In this document: in pieces, positions 13,313-25,973 of the stretch
How positions within the stretch are numbered: the first letter of the stretch is position 1
How the letters are laid out: every line of letters begins with the position of its first letter
NCBI GenBank assembly: GCA_964016885.1
Contig: OZ024743.1
Coordinates: 169,508,001 to 169,572,000, forward strand
DNA: 64,000 nucleotides
From: Eledone cirrhosa
Taxonomy: Eukaryota
Direction of reading: 5' to 3'
Program-made: the position numbers and the translations under genes
The notes under the pieces: generated by a model
The model's database searches: none
What the model saw: the letters and a program-made list of their open reading frames with translations, nothing else
Told to the model about the DNA's origin: nothing

Positions 13313-15385
13313 CTAGACATGAAAAATGCGCAAGCTCAAAAGTGCCACAGAATGTTATAATAAACCTTCAAAAGTGTGGGACTAGAGTTGTTGCTAAAAA
13401 ATATTGTAATCATTATATATCGTACATTCTGTGGCATCCTTTATAAAAATAGCTTAAACCAACGAAGCCTTTATTTTTACGCTATTTCACTTAGTTAATT
13501 CTTAGAGTGTAACATATAAAAATATCATTTACAACTATAAAATAAATTAATTAATATAATAACAGAGCTGCGGAGCTGAAATTTAGGAAATAATGGAGTA
13601 TCGGATCCTGAGTTGGAGCCAGTCAATTTTTGGCCGACTCCGCAGCCCTGTATAATACATTTCATATTAAAGTTATTAATAAACCTATTTTACACTTCAT
13701 GCAAATTACCACGAGATATTGATATTAGATATAAGATACAGCGCAATATCTACAGCTGTAAAAGTACGAAAGCGAAGTAATAATAAGTGGCTTAAGGTAA
13801 TTCCAATATGAAAGTTTGTAGTGATAAAAATTTGATAATGCAATACGATTGTTAATATTATAGTTCTATGAAAATGTAACAATAGATAACTAAATTATTT
13901 TACTATTAGTATATTTAAGAAATTATCATTATAGATTTGATCGTTCATATAAGCATCATATTAAGTTTCAACACAATTATTTTGTTACTATGAGTATATG
14001 ATAATAATATTACGTAATTATTTATAGCTGTTATTACATTAAACATAGATGTATTTATTTTTATATGTTACACTCTAAGAATTAACTAAGTGAAATAGCG
14101 TAAAAATAAAGGCTTCGTTGGTTTAAGCTATTTTTATAAAGGATGCCACAGAATGTACGATATATAATGATTACAATATTTTTTAGCAACAACTCTAGTC
14201 CCACACTTTTGAAGGTTTATTATAACATTCTGTGGCACTTTTGAGCTTGCGCATTTTTCATGTCTAGTTTAATATTTTTTTAAGGCAACGCTTGTAATAA
14301 CTCTAGTTAAACAGGATATATATTAATAATAAATTATCGTTGTAATGTAATTAGATTATGTAATTGTTATTATAAATTATCTTATAAATATTAGTGTAAG
14401 ATGTATAAAAATATTTTCAGACTTTTAATATAAACCACTACAAAAAACAATCAATATTAAATCAATATATTATACATAATAGAAAACATAAAATATACAA
14501 TACAAAAACAAAATATTTACATACAATTGCAATTATCAGTGTATATACATTTTCTTTATATTCCCTGAGCAAATTAATAAGATTTGTTTTTATTGCACAT
14601 AATTTGATGACTTGTTGGAGTGTATTAAAAGATAGCAACAATTTGTGATTAAATTGTTATCTTAAGCAACTCACTTTTTAATAGTTGTTGGCTGAGCGAA
14701 ATTGTAAAAGCCTATGAGCAAATATTAAAAAAAATACACAAACAACATTTCCTTGTGTTATTACAACATTAGATAAAATAATTGAGCAATGTCGTTATAT
14801 TTTGCTCTTATTGCACATTAATAGTGTTTCTATTTTTCGGCACAAATCCATTACGGCAGTCCATTACTGGTACTTTATTTTATCGAATTAGTAAGTATGA
14901 AAGTCGAAGTTAACCTCGGCAGGATTTGAACTTAGAATGCAAAGGACCATAACAATACTGCAAAGCATGGTGTCTGACTCTCTACCAATACTTGTGTTGA
15001 GCTGGTCATTAATTTATGGTGGTCGTGCGTGGAGTAGAGCAATCGCTAGTTGAAATATTATGAACAAAACATTTTTATTTGCCGAAGAACATATTTTCAA
15101 TACTGTTTGTGAATGTGACGAAGGAAATACATTCTGATATGGAACAGTGTACAAAGTGTGTCTGTGAATAACATAATGTTACCTCATGTTGTTGTCAAGA
15201 CATAATGGATTTCGTATATCCAGTTAGAAGATGAAACCTAGCCATCTCGGATTAGTTATATTTCATGCCATGTGTAAACGTGTTTGAGGATAGCAAAATA
15301 TGCGCGTTAATTATAATAATTAGTTAATAATATTACAAAATATACCTAATTAAACTCTTTGCTTGAAATTTTATCATTCTTCGTT

Positions 15386-15420
<35 letters not shown>

Positions 15421-16832
15421 GGAGAGAGATTTATCTAGTCCTTCGCTCAAGATTAATCTATAAGTTTAGATGTTTGCCTTCGTTTAAGTAAATATTACAG
15501 TAAGATTTTTAATATAAACAACTACAAAAAACAATTAATATTAAAACGAAAAAATTATCAATGATAAAAGAAGCGGATGCAACTTTTTTTTTTATAAAGT
15601 TATATTCCTGTTTCTTTAAAGAACATTTCATTTTTGTTCTATTGTAGGCGAAATAATGCAATGGTTTAATAGGGAAGATATAACTTACGAATTATGTCTC
15701 TAACCGTGTAACGCTTTTTAAGTAGATAACTACAATTGAAAATACTAAAGAAATGGAACCAACAATTCAATTTGAAAGTCGTCTAGTGACAGTGTATTAC
15801 TGGTACTTTATTTTATCGACCCCGTAACGATGAAAGGCAAAAATGCAAATGCTTAAAATTTAAATTGCCTTAATTCTATCGTCTGCTGTTTCATTAAAGG
15901 GAGATTATCGTCTGTATTTAATTCTATCGTCTACTGTTCCACTAAACAGATATACCTCCACTATCGTCTCTATTTATACATTTTAACTTATAACTTATAC
16001 ACATTTGATTTGAAATATTTTATCTAGTCCCCCCTCTCAATATTATGATGATTTCTTTCGAATGAAACAGTTCTAGTCCTGTAGAAACCATTTATATATA
16101 TAATTGAACTGAGTTAAAAATTCACAATATTTATAATTAAATAAGCTCATATATATATGTGTGTATTTATCTGTTTATTGTATTATATATAATGTGTGTA
16201 TATACAGGATGTCCCCCAAAAATATATACACACTTCAACAGCATTCTAATAACTATTGCCTGTACAGGTAATCAAAGTGTCAATCGAATGTTAGTTTCGT
16301 GTTTTAACAGTACAAATTTACAATACACACATAAAACCAGTGTATATACATACATGAGTGTGTATACACATACATGAATGTGTATATACAATATATATGT
16401 ATATATATATAGACACATATATTCACGGTGCAACGGTACATTAAAATATAGATGCGGGAGAGGGGGGTGTATATATAGAGCGCTGGGGATAAAGGAGTGT
16501 AAAGCGTGTGTAATTGATATATTGAAGGAGAGGAGCGTGCAGCGATAGAGTAACAAATATATAGAGAGGGGGAGAGATGGTATTGAAGGGGAGGAGTGCA
16601 AAGCGAAAGAGTAAGAGATATATATAGAGACGGAACAGATAGAGAGAAACAGGCGTAAGTAACAGTGGAAGAGATATAGAGAGAGGTACTCTGATTGGTT
16701 GAAAATTAGCCAATGACATACGATCACCACCACCACGGCTATCCCCGAAAAATTTTTTAAGAAGCTACGCATATATGTTAGAACACGAAAAGTGAACATT
16801 CTGTTGTTTCACACTTTTCGTGTTCTAACAGA
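13313..16832 (-). mobile_element. Composite block, copy 2
   Basis: Near-identical to 8143-11711, with the same two termini. Confidence 0.5.
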
Positions 16833-16837
16833 TATAT

Positions 16838-19008
16838 ATTTATTAAATTAACAGATTAAAGTTTAAGCAAAGAATCGCTGCTTTTACCCTTAACGGGATC
16901 TTCTGAAACTAACAAAGTCAATCTGTAAACGCAGAACTGGATATTTCAAAAAACGTTGCAACCGGAGGAAGACAGGAAGACGATACTTTGGTTCGTGGTG
17001 ACGTTCGCTGGCAAAGAACGGGAAAAAACGAATAATACGTCATTAATAGGAGCGGTGAAAAACAATTACGCGCAAAGACAGAACCACGTTTATGATATAA
17101 AAGAGGTCGTAGACTAATGTTCTCTTAGGTGGTGCATAGAGACGTTCTCTGGCAATGAACGAAAAAACGAAGATAATACGTCATATGTGGAGCGTGGAGA
17201 ACAATAGGACGCCAAGACAAAACCACGTAAATGGTATACCAGAAGTCGTAGACTAAAATTCTAACTAGGAGACCAAATGAATCTCCGCTACAGAGTTAAG
17301 AACAAAGTAAATAAATACAATACTGAAGTAATAGAAACAAATAAATACATACACGCAAACAAATACGTACATACACAAGCATACGCAAAACCTTACCATA
17401 GGTATACAAAACCACGCACATATAAATATGTGTGTGTGTGTATGCGTGTATACAAATAAATAAATAATTATATAAACGTATAAGAATAAATAAATACGTA
17501 TATAACAAGCGAACACACATACCTACATATAAATACACGAATGTTCGGAGACGTAAGTCAACTAAAACAAGAAGTACACATATACACACACCCACCATAC
17601 GTACGAACCTGCATACTCACACAGACGCAAAACTCCCGTATACACATAGCCAAACCCTATGTACCAGAAATATAAAATTATACGCCATAACAATCAAATA
17701 TACGTACGAGAAGGTATACGTACCTTCACAAAACATACGGGTAATATATACTTACCTATGCAAATAAGTAAAGGAATAAACAAAACATATACTTAGCTCC
17801 CACATCAAGACGTAAAATATCCACGTATAGATCGTACTATCCGTTAGGGTATAACGTGGGGCTGTAATACAGGAAAGTTTTGTGCAATTTATCTTTACAA
17901 GCCGAAATTGCCTCAGATTTTTTGTTTATGATGTGGTCTGTGGAGTAGAGTATTTCCAGGGCCTCAGCGGCGCAGAGGTCACATGGTCTTTTATTTCCGT
18001 TATACGATCTAGCCCTAGCTAGGATCTCCCAGTGTAACTTATATTGGGTGTGGTTGTCTTTTAGACTCCAGATATAAGCTGAAAGTGACGTCATATTCCT
18101 TCTTAGAGGGTAACGAAAAGAATGGGTATGCATGTAAAGACGCTGCTTGAAACTATTGGCGGTTAACCCTATGTAGGCCCTACGGGACGTGGGTGTTACA
18201 ACCTTACATTTGTAGACAATGTTACTAGAGAGGCATTTCCCGGATAGGGGGCAATCAGCCTGATTCCTACAATTACAGTTAGTACTAACTACAGGGTTGC
18301 ACGTGTTCCTACGGCTAGGTAGTTTAGCTAAATTTGAAGCTGTGATGTTATGTGCAAGGTTAGGAGTCGTAGAGTAAGAAATTTTAATAGTATTTCTATT
18401 AAAAATGTTACTATATTTATGTGTAGGGGGAAAATGCTTCGTAATAAGGGAAAGAAAAATCTTAGCTAATGGTGTCGCCACCTCCATATTATATGGTGGG
18501 TTATACCAACAAATGCGACGGGATCTATTTCTTCTAGGTCTATTTTCGTACTCTGTATATGCTACCTTATCGACAAATCCACTTCGAGCAAGAGCTTCAT
18601 TGTAATAAATGGAATGGTCGTTGAAAATACGCTCGTTGGTGGAAAGACGGGAAAGCCTCAACGAAACGTTTCTTACCAGGTTCTTGGTTATGCTGGCAGG
18701 ATGGTTTGAATGCTTACTTATGTAATTAAGCGTATCATTCGGCTTTCTATACGGGTAATACAACCCATTCAATAAATTGAGGGTAACGTCGAGGTAATTA
18801 ACGACCGAGAGATTGGCCTCAACCTGTATAGAGAGGTTGAAGCCTTTAAAGAAGGCTGTGAGTTCTTTTCTGAACCTTAATCTGTTATTTTAATAAATAT
18901 TTGCTCTACGGTTCTTATATATATTTATCCTTATATATATTTATTGATATATATTTATCCTTATCGAGCCCTCTCTGGATTTTAGTCTTCAAATTTATTA
19001 TTATTACT
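16838..19008 (-). mobile_element. Nematis-like PLE family A, 5'-truncated copy with inverted tail
   Basis: High identity to 21282-23180; 18879-19008 is the inverse of about 24320-24428; HHR at 16860-16910 has GAAA changed to AAAA. Confidence 0.9.
17837..18772 (-). CDS. PLE RT thumb plus GIY-YIG endonuclease (open but 5'-truncated)
   Basis: KPNDTLNYI, WYNPPY, CNCRNQADCPLSGKC, IVYKC...YIGLT, R, H, CDLC, E, NK. Confidence 0.85.
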   Translation of the reverse strand: MNGLYYPYRKPNDTLNYISKHSNHPASITKNLVRNVSLRLSRLSTNERIFNDHSIYYNEALARSGFVDKVAYTEYENRPRRNRSRRICWYNPPYNMEVATPLAKIFLSLITKHFPPTHKYSNIFNRNTIKISYSTTPNLAHNITASNLAKLPSRRNTCNPVVSTNCNCRNQADCPLSGKCLSSNIVYKCKVVTPTSRRAYIGLTANSFKQRLYMHTHSFRYPLRRNMTSLSAYIWSLKDNHTQYKLHWEILARARSYNGNKRPCDLCAAEALEILYSTDHIINKKSEAISACKDKLHKTFLYYSPTLYPNG

Positions 19009-19219
19009 ATATATATATATATATATAGATAGATAATTTAATATATCAACTAACATAAGCGCACAGTTGCACGCCCATGCTAGCAAATACACAGGTTATG
19101 TCATAGTACCTAGGTGGTTCAATGCAGGAGAATGCAGAACAATAATATAAAGGACGTAAAATAAGAAAATATTTTTTAAAAAAATTTTTTTTTTAAATCT
19201 TTTACTTACTTAAATTTTC

Positions 19220-19301
19220 ACTCCAACTAATTAGTTTCTGCAATGGGATAAAGACAGTTACGTAATCCAACTGTCGAGAATTCATTGCGTCATCAGGGAG
19301 T
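19220..19301 (-). ncRNA. Type I hammerhead ribozyme, canonical core, extended stem II
   Basis: RC: actcc CTGATGA cgcaatg...gacagtt...aactgtc...cattgca GAAAC taatta GTT ggagt. Confidence 0.75.
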
Positions 19302-19603
19302 CTATTCTCAGTTAAGTCTCCAGGCAATGCGCGGACACTGGCGGCTCATATAAAAATAATAATAATTCGGTAGATCGAACAGCTTGCGAGGACTGGATTC
19401 TATGTACTATATATATATATTCTCTTGTGTGATTATTTTATTTTACCTTATTTTTCTTTAATTTGACTAACAACCCTATTATGTATCATCCCCATCCTTC
19501 TCATCCCCATTCTCCCTATTATCCTATTACCCTACCATATATCTATTGTTCTTGTGATATAAGTCGGTAGAGCTTATTTTCATTATTGTATTTTTGTTTT
19601 CAA

Positions 19604-19650
19604 CGCTCTGATGAATCCTGCCCCATGGTATGGATGAAACATTGTCAGCG
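19604..19650 (+). ncRNA. Minimal type I hammerhead ribozyme, canonical GUC site
   Basis: cgct CTGATGA atcc...ggat GAAAC att GTC agcg, followed immediately by AATAAA. Confidence 0.85.
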
Positions 19651-19721
19651 AATAAAGATTGATTGATGATATAAGCACTCTTTGTTTTCTTTCCTTATAT
19701 GTATATATATATATGTATATA

Positions 19722-20527
19722 TCTGTATATATATAAAATTAAGTATGTGTGTGTGTGTCTGTGTATTACCTATAGGGGCCTACATCTTACGACCGATTTT
19801 CATGAAACTTTACAGGCTCATAGATTAGTCATCGGGGTGTGTTTTCTATATAGCAGCGTATCGTTTTTTTTTTATTCCAGGGTCATTCTGCAGACAGAAA
19901 TCGATAGGGGGGGGGGGCACTTTTTTTAAGTATCGAAAATAAGATTTTTGGCTCTAGCTCCCACATTTTGCCACCGATTTCGTTCAAATTTTAAAGCAAA
20001 ATAGAATGTATCATTGCACATTCTGTAATGGCTTTATAGTTTACATTTGTTGTTCAGGCACGGCGTGGCAGCCGCTTAAATATTCAAAAATACCACTTTT
20101 AGACTCAAATTTCCACTTTTTCAGCTCGAGCTCCATCATTAATCAACCGACTTTGTTCAAAGTTTACACTAAGCTAGATATGATTATTTCACGTCTTAAA
20201 GTGGCTTTACATTTTGGATTTTCTGTTCAGAAATGGCGTGGCAACCGCTTAGATATTCGGAAATACCACCTTTTCGCTCAAATTTCCGCCTTTTCGGCTC
20301 TAGCTCCCACATTTTTCAACCAATTTCGTTCAAATTCGAAACTCCCTCCCCCCCAGCATGCCCCTTCGTCAATCACCCGCGTTTCTCAGTGATAGAGCTC
20401 ATCACCACCCTCCCCCGCATGGCCTGTGTGTGGCCATAGATGTCATCGAGAAGCAGTCGCTAAGATCAAGACCTTTTCATCAAAGCAGATATTTCCCCTA
20501 CCGAGGCAACGCTGTGTACTGCTACTA

Positions 20528-20528
<1 letters not shown>
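19722..20528 (+). mobile_element. Non-autonomous Helitron
   Basis: A|TCtgtatatatataaaatt start; ccgaggcaacgctgtgtactgctaCTAG|T end; internal subrepeats; no TSD. Confidence 0.7.
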
Positions 20529-20562
<34 letters not shown>

Positions 20563-20598
20563 AATATACATACATATGTAAATATATGTATATTTATT

Positions 20599-20629
<31 letters not shown>

Positions 20630-20658
20630 ATATATATATGTGTGTATATATATGTATA

Positions 20659-20721
<63 letters not shown>

Positions 20722-20898
20722 TGTCATGCGCATGTATTGTTTTTTTTTGGCGGTAATTTACTTCCTCATGTTTGAATCAGTTTGAGCATTTCTTTAGAAC
20801 TGCTGGACTGGCAACCTGACAGATACCTCAGGCACTGATGATGATTATCGCTAAATACTGATGTTGGTTAGATTATCAATATTAGTATTATTGGGGCA

Positions 20899-21025
20899 CC
20901 CACTGATGAATTATAGGAGCCCACTTGAATATATATCTATTGATGGTATACAAGCTCCTACATAAATTGGTATAATTTCACCCAAATTGTAGGAGTCCTA
21001 TAATGAAACGAGACGTCTGTCTGGG
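20899..21025 (+). ncRNA. Hammerhead ribozyme with branched stem II of about 95 nt
   Basis: ccca CTGATGA attatagga...tcctataat GAAAC gagacgtct GTC tggg. Confidence 0.75.
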
Positions 21026-21203
21026 AAGAGGTATATTCGATATGTCTCATATGAAATAATACAGCCAATTTTCCACGCAATACTTTTAGTTAGCACCCCG
21101 AACGCATAATTAGGAATATAATCACTTATTTCCTAATGTTTGCTGAGTGAGTTGGAATTTGGTCGGAGTATCGCTAAAAAGATTTCTCCGATATTGTATT
21201 TAT

Positions 21204-21285
<82 letters not shown>

Positions 21286-21309
21286 TTATTTATTAAAATA
21301 ACAGATTAA

Positions 21310-21360
21310 AGTTTAAGCAAAGAATCGCTGCTTTCACCCTTAACGGGATCTTCTGAAACT
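21310..21360 (-). ncRNA. Hammerhead-like motif with U4A core (CAGAAGA) in 3' pLTR
   Basis: RC: agttt CAGAAGA tccc gttaa gggt GAAAG cagcgattctttg CTT aaact. Confidence 0.6.
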
Positions 21361-22149
21361 AACAAAGTCAATCTGTAAACGCAGAACTGGATATTTCAAA
21401 AAACGTTGCAACCGGAGGAAGACAGGAAGACGATACTTTGGTTCATGGTGACGTTCGCTGGCAAAGAACGGGAAAAAACGAATAATACGTCATTAATATG
21501 AGCGGTGAAAAACAATTACGCGCGAAGACACAACCACGTAAATGGTATAGCAGAAGTTGTAGACTAAAATTCTAACTAGGAGACCGAATGAATCTCCGCT
21601 ACAGAGTTAAGAACAAAGTAAATAAATACAATACAGAAGTAATAGAAACAAATAAATACATACACGCAAACAGATACGTACATACACAAGCATACGCAAA
21701 ACCTTACCATAGGTATACAAAACCACGCACATATAAATATGTGTATGTGTGTATGCTTGTGTACAAATAAATAAATAATTATATAAACGTATATAAGTAA
21801 ATAAATGCGCATATAACAAGCGCACACACATACCTACAAATAAATACACGAAGGTTCGGAGACGTAAGTCAACTAAAACAAGAAGTACACATATACACAC
21901 ACCCACCATACGTACGAACCTGCATACTCACGCAGACGCAAAACTCCCATATACACATAACCAAACCCTAAATACCAGAATATGTAAAAATAATACGCCA
22001 TAACAGTCAAATATACGTACGAGAAGGTATACATATCTTCACAAAACATACGGGTAATATATACTTACCTATGCAAATAAGTAAAGGAATAAACAAAACA
22101 TATACTTAGCTCCCACATCAAGACGTAAAATAGCCACGTATAGATCGTG

Positions 22150-24277
22150 CTATCCGTTAGGGTATAACGTGGGGCTGTAATACAGGAAAGTTTTGTGCAA
22201 TTTATGTTTACAAGCCGAAATTGCCTCAGATTTTTTGTTTAAGGTGTGGTCTGTGGCGCAGTGTATTTCCAGGGCCTCAGCGGCGCAGAGGTCACATGGT
22301 CTTTTATTTCCGTTATACGATCTAGCCCTAGCTAGGATCTCCCAGTGTAACTTATATTGGGTGTGGTTGTCTTTTAGACTCCAGATATAAGCTGAAAGTG
22401 ACGTCATATTCCTTCTTAGAGGGTAACGAAAAGAATGGGTATGCATGTAAAGACGCTGCTTGAAACTATTGGCGGTTAACCCTATGTAGGCCCTACGGGA
22501 CGTGGGTGTTACAACCTTACATTTGTAGACAATGTTACTAGAGAGGGATTTCCCGGATAGGGGACAATCAGCCCGATTCCTACAATTACAGTTAGTACTA
22601 ACTACAGGGTTGCACGTGTTCCTACGGCTAGGTAGTTTACCTTAATTTGAAGCTGTGATGTTATGTGCAAGGTTAGGAGTCGTAGAGTAAGAAATTTTAA
22701 TAGTGTTTCTATTAAACATTTTACTATATTTAAGTGTAGGGGAAAATGCTTCGTAATAAGGGAAGAAAGATCTTAGCTAATGGTGTGGCCACCTCCATAT
22801 TATATGGTGGGTTAAACCAACAAATGCGACGGGATCTATTTCTTCTAAGTCTATTCCCGTACTCAGTATATGCTACCTTATCGACAAATCCACTTCGAGC
22901 AAGAGCTTCATTGTAATAAGTGGAATGGTCGTTGAAAATGCGCTCGTTGGTGGAAAGACGGGAAAGCCTCAACGAAACGTTTTTTACCAGGTTCTTGGTT
23001 ATGCTGGCAGGATGGTTGGAATGCTTACTTATGTAATTAAGCGTATCATTCGGCTTTCTATACGGGTAATACAACCCATTCAATAAATTGAGGGTAACGT
23101 CGAGGTAATTAACGACCGAGAGATTGGCCTCAACCTGTATAGAGAGGTTGAAGCCTTTAAAGAAGGATGTGAGTTCTTTTCTGAATCTGTTGCAAGCACG
23201 AGGTCCGCACTTAGTCATGGTCAAAAGACCATCGTCACGGTACAAACCACCGCCCGCGTTGGGGAATTCGTCCTTGATAGAGAAAAGAAGGAAAAGGCCA
23301 ATAAGATCAGTAACCTCCGCGGAGTCACTGCCGCCCATACTCACGTCTAATGGAGTACTATTGGATTTTTTAATCCAAATAGAGTCGTCGAAATTAATCA
23401 CCGACTTTCGGGCATTAAGGATGACATCAACTTCTAAATCCTTAACCACTGTGAGTGTTTTAGCGAAATTGATAGCTCTAAGGAGAAGTGGTAAAGTGAT
23501 GGAGGAGTAGTAATTGTTGATGTCGAATTGGATAAAACGGCAATGTTCCTTGTTACATATGCCGTTAAACCAATCAATCACCGCGAAAGAATTGTTCCAC
23601 AGTGCGAGAGGGGCCAAACTTCTAATTTCAGGTATAATTCTATCAAGAATCGTTTTACTAAGTCTACCTAAATCGGACTTCGTAGGGTTAATAAGCCGAA
23701 TAGAGGGGTTGTTCAGAAAATTGGATTTGTGATCCTTCAGAGTAAAGTGGGGAGAGATAGGGTACAGAGGTTCGGTCCGGTCCAGGATGTTGAGATCAGA
23801 TGTGATTTTAAACCCAGCATCGTTGATTTCATTGATGACGCACCGATTAGTTTTACGGTAATCCTTAGTTACAGCATTATGTAGTAGTTGATGGTAAGTA
23901 CTGCGCTCCACTTGATATAGGTTGCCAGTTTTGTCGGAATGGACGTGCACGGCGTTAGAATCCTTAATAGAACGAATTCTATTCTTCAGGTCTTGCTGGA
24001 AGGAATTGCTCCTATTCCGAAATTTGATACTCCGAATGAGTTCCAAGACATCATTTTCGAAGGGTAGCAATGCTGGGTTCCACGGAGGGTTATTATAGGT
24101 TTTAAATCCAAATTTGTCCTGTTTGTTGTCTGCTTTTCGCGGATTATCGAAATAAAAGGCACGCCAACGCAACCTTTTAATGAACGCGTCTGTTTTCTGT
24201 ATCAGGAGTTTTATGTATGTTTTCCTGCTTGGTACGGGTATGTTCTTTGTAGAAATATTCAGATGTTGTTTCTGCAT
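22150..24277 (-). pseudogene. PLE RT-GIY-YIG polyprotein, frameshifted near 22740-22765
   Basis: 515-aa ORF with STKNIP, SDKTGN, QFDI, MGGSDS, LYRDDG, NYLDV; two 1-bp deletions relative to the 17837-18772 copy; EN continues to 22150. Confidence 0.92.
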
Positions 24278-24430
24278 GATGAATATAAGTCAGTAGAGTG
24301 CTCAACCGAAGGAGCCAAATAGTAATAATAATAAAATTGAAGACTAAAATCCAAAGAGGGCTCGATAAGGAAAATATATATCAGATATATAAGAACCGAA
24401 GAGCAAATATTTATTAAAATAACAGATTAA

Positions 24431-24481
24431 AGTTTAAGCAAAGAATCGCTGCTTTCACCCTTAACGGGATCTTCTGAAACT
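24431..24481 (-). ncRNA. Same U4A hammerhead-like motif in 5' pLTR
   Basis: Identical to 21310-21360. Confidence 0.6.
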
Positions 24482-24834
24482 AACAAAGTCAATCTGTAAA
24501 CGCAGAACTGGATATTTCAAAAAACGTTGCAACCGGAGGAAGACAGGAAGACGATACTTTGGTTCATGGTGACGTTCGCTGGCAAAGAACGGGAAAAAAC
24601 GAATAATACGTCATTAATAGGAGCGGTGAAAAACAATTACGCGCGAAGACAGAACCACGTTTATGGTATAAAAGAAGTCGTAGACTAATGTTCTCTAAGT
24701 GGTGCATAGAGACGTTCTCTGGCAATGAACGAAAAAACGAAGATAATAAGTCATATGTGGAGCGTGGAGAACAATAGCACGCAAAGACAAAACCACGTAA
24801 ATGGTATAGCAGAAGTTGTAGACTAAAATATTAT

Positions 24835-24911
<77 letters not shown>

Positions 24912-24914
<3 letters not shown>

Positions 24915-25730
24915 AATTAGAAAGTCAAAATAAACTCTTACAATTAAATAGCTCAAGGAAAGAATTGTTCCGTGCCGTTTAATATAATTTAATATAAAAG
25001 AGTGATAAACACAGATATATACATATATGTGTTCAAATCGTAAGGGACCAGATTCGCTATGGTGAAAAAAATACTAACTCTGAACAATAGGGTTTGCTAG
25101 ACTCAATTTAAAAGAATAAATCAAAAAAAGATATGGAAACCGATATTGCGGTAACTACCAGATACCCAGACAGCTTTTGGTAAGGCTGTTTCGCAATTTT
25201 AGTGAAAGGGAATTACCAATTTTGTTGCTCATCAGTGGGTGTGAAATTAGTAAACCCTTCACTTTTAAGTATCTCAGAAAACCGAATAGTGTGTGTGTTT
25301 GTATATAAAATAACGCACATGGCATCAGAACTAGCGTGTCTCATAAAGGTATGCTACTAAAAATAGCAGCTAAGTTTATTTGACATTTAAATTAGCTCAA
25401 CAAATTCTAGGAGCCGAATATATCAAAGGTATATATTGAGTTAGAAACTCAAAATAGTCCCTTACAATTAAATAGCTCAAGAAAAGAAATTTTTCCGGGC
25501 CGTGTAATATAATTGAATATAAAAGAGAGATAAACACAGATATATACATATATGTGGTCAAATCGTAAGGGACCATATTTGCCAGGGTGAAAAAAATACT
25601 AATTATGAACAATAGGGTTTGCCGGACTCAATTTAAAAGAATAAATCAAGAAAAGAAATACAAACTGATATTGCGGCAACAGCCAGACACCCCGACAGCT
25701 TTTGGTAATGCTGTTCCCTTTACGATTTTA
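24912..25730 (-). mobile_element. Non-coding HHR mini-element, partial tandem, period 524 bp
   Basis: About 24912-25192 repeats at about 25436-25715; no credible ORF; (TA)n flanks. Confidence 0.75.
25164..25240 (-). ncRNA. Type I hammerhead ribozyme, canonical core, GUC site, 5-bp stem III
   Basis: RC: accca CTGATGA gcaa...ttgc GAAAC agc cttaccaaaa gct GTC tgggt. Confidence 0.9.
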
Positions 25731-25779
25731 ACACATATATATATATATATATATCTGTGTTTATCTCTCTTTTATATTC

Positions 25780-25834
<55 letters not shown>

Positions 25835-25878
25835 TTAAGAAACGGAGAATCAATGGTGCGAAGAATTAAAATTTATTA

Positions 25879-25973
25879 GACATATTACAATCGTTTCTCT
25901 GGCGACCAGCTCGAGACACGATCGATGCGATGATCTAACCTGACTCTGAAATCGAAAGATCCTCAGATACGCC
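25879..25973 (-). ncRNA. Type I hammerhead ribozyme, long stem II
   Basis: RC: ggcgtat CTGAGGA tct...aga GAAAC gatt GTA atatgtc, then AATAAA. Confidence 0.7.

Larger units (their letters stand above)
21282..24838 (-). mobile_element. Nematis-like PLE family A, near full-length, direct pseudo-LTRs
   Basis: Repeat starting ttattaaaataacagattaaag at about 21290 and 24411 flanks the RT-EN reading frame; (TA)n on both sides. Confidence 0.92.

Noticed and set aside
20831-20880. CTGATGA followed by a stem II-like helix
   Set aside because: No GAAA or stem III follows; at best a broken hammerhead
23124-23732. Antisense ORFs over PLE RT regions (also near 42311, 52727, 53666)
   Set aside because: Shadow frames of coding sequence with no independent motifs
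22150-24277. Naiad-type N-terminal endonuclease or selenocysteine recoding
   Set aside because: All endonucleases here are C-terminal, and ORF breaks are ordinary frameshifts or stops not shared between copies
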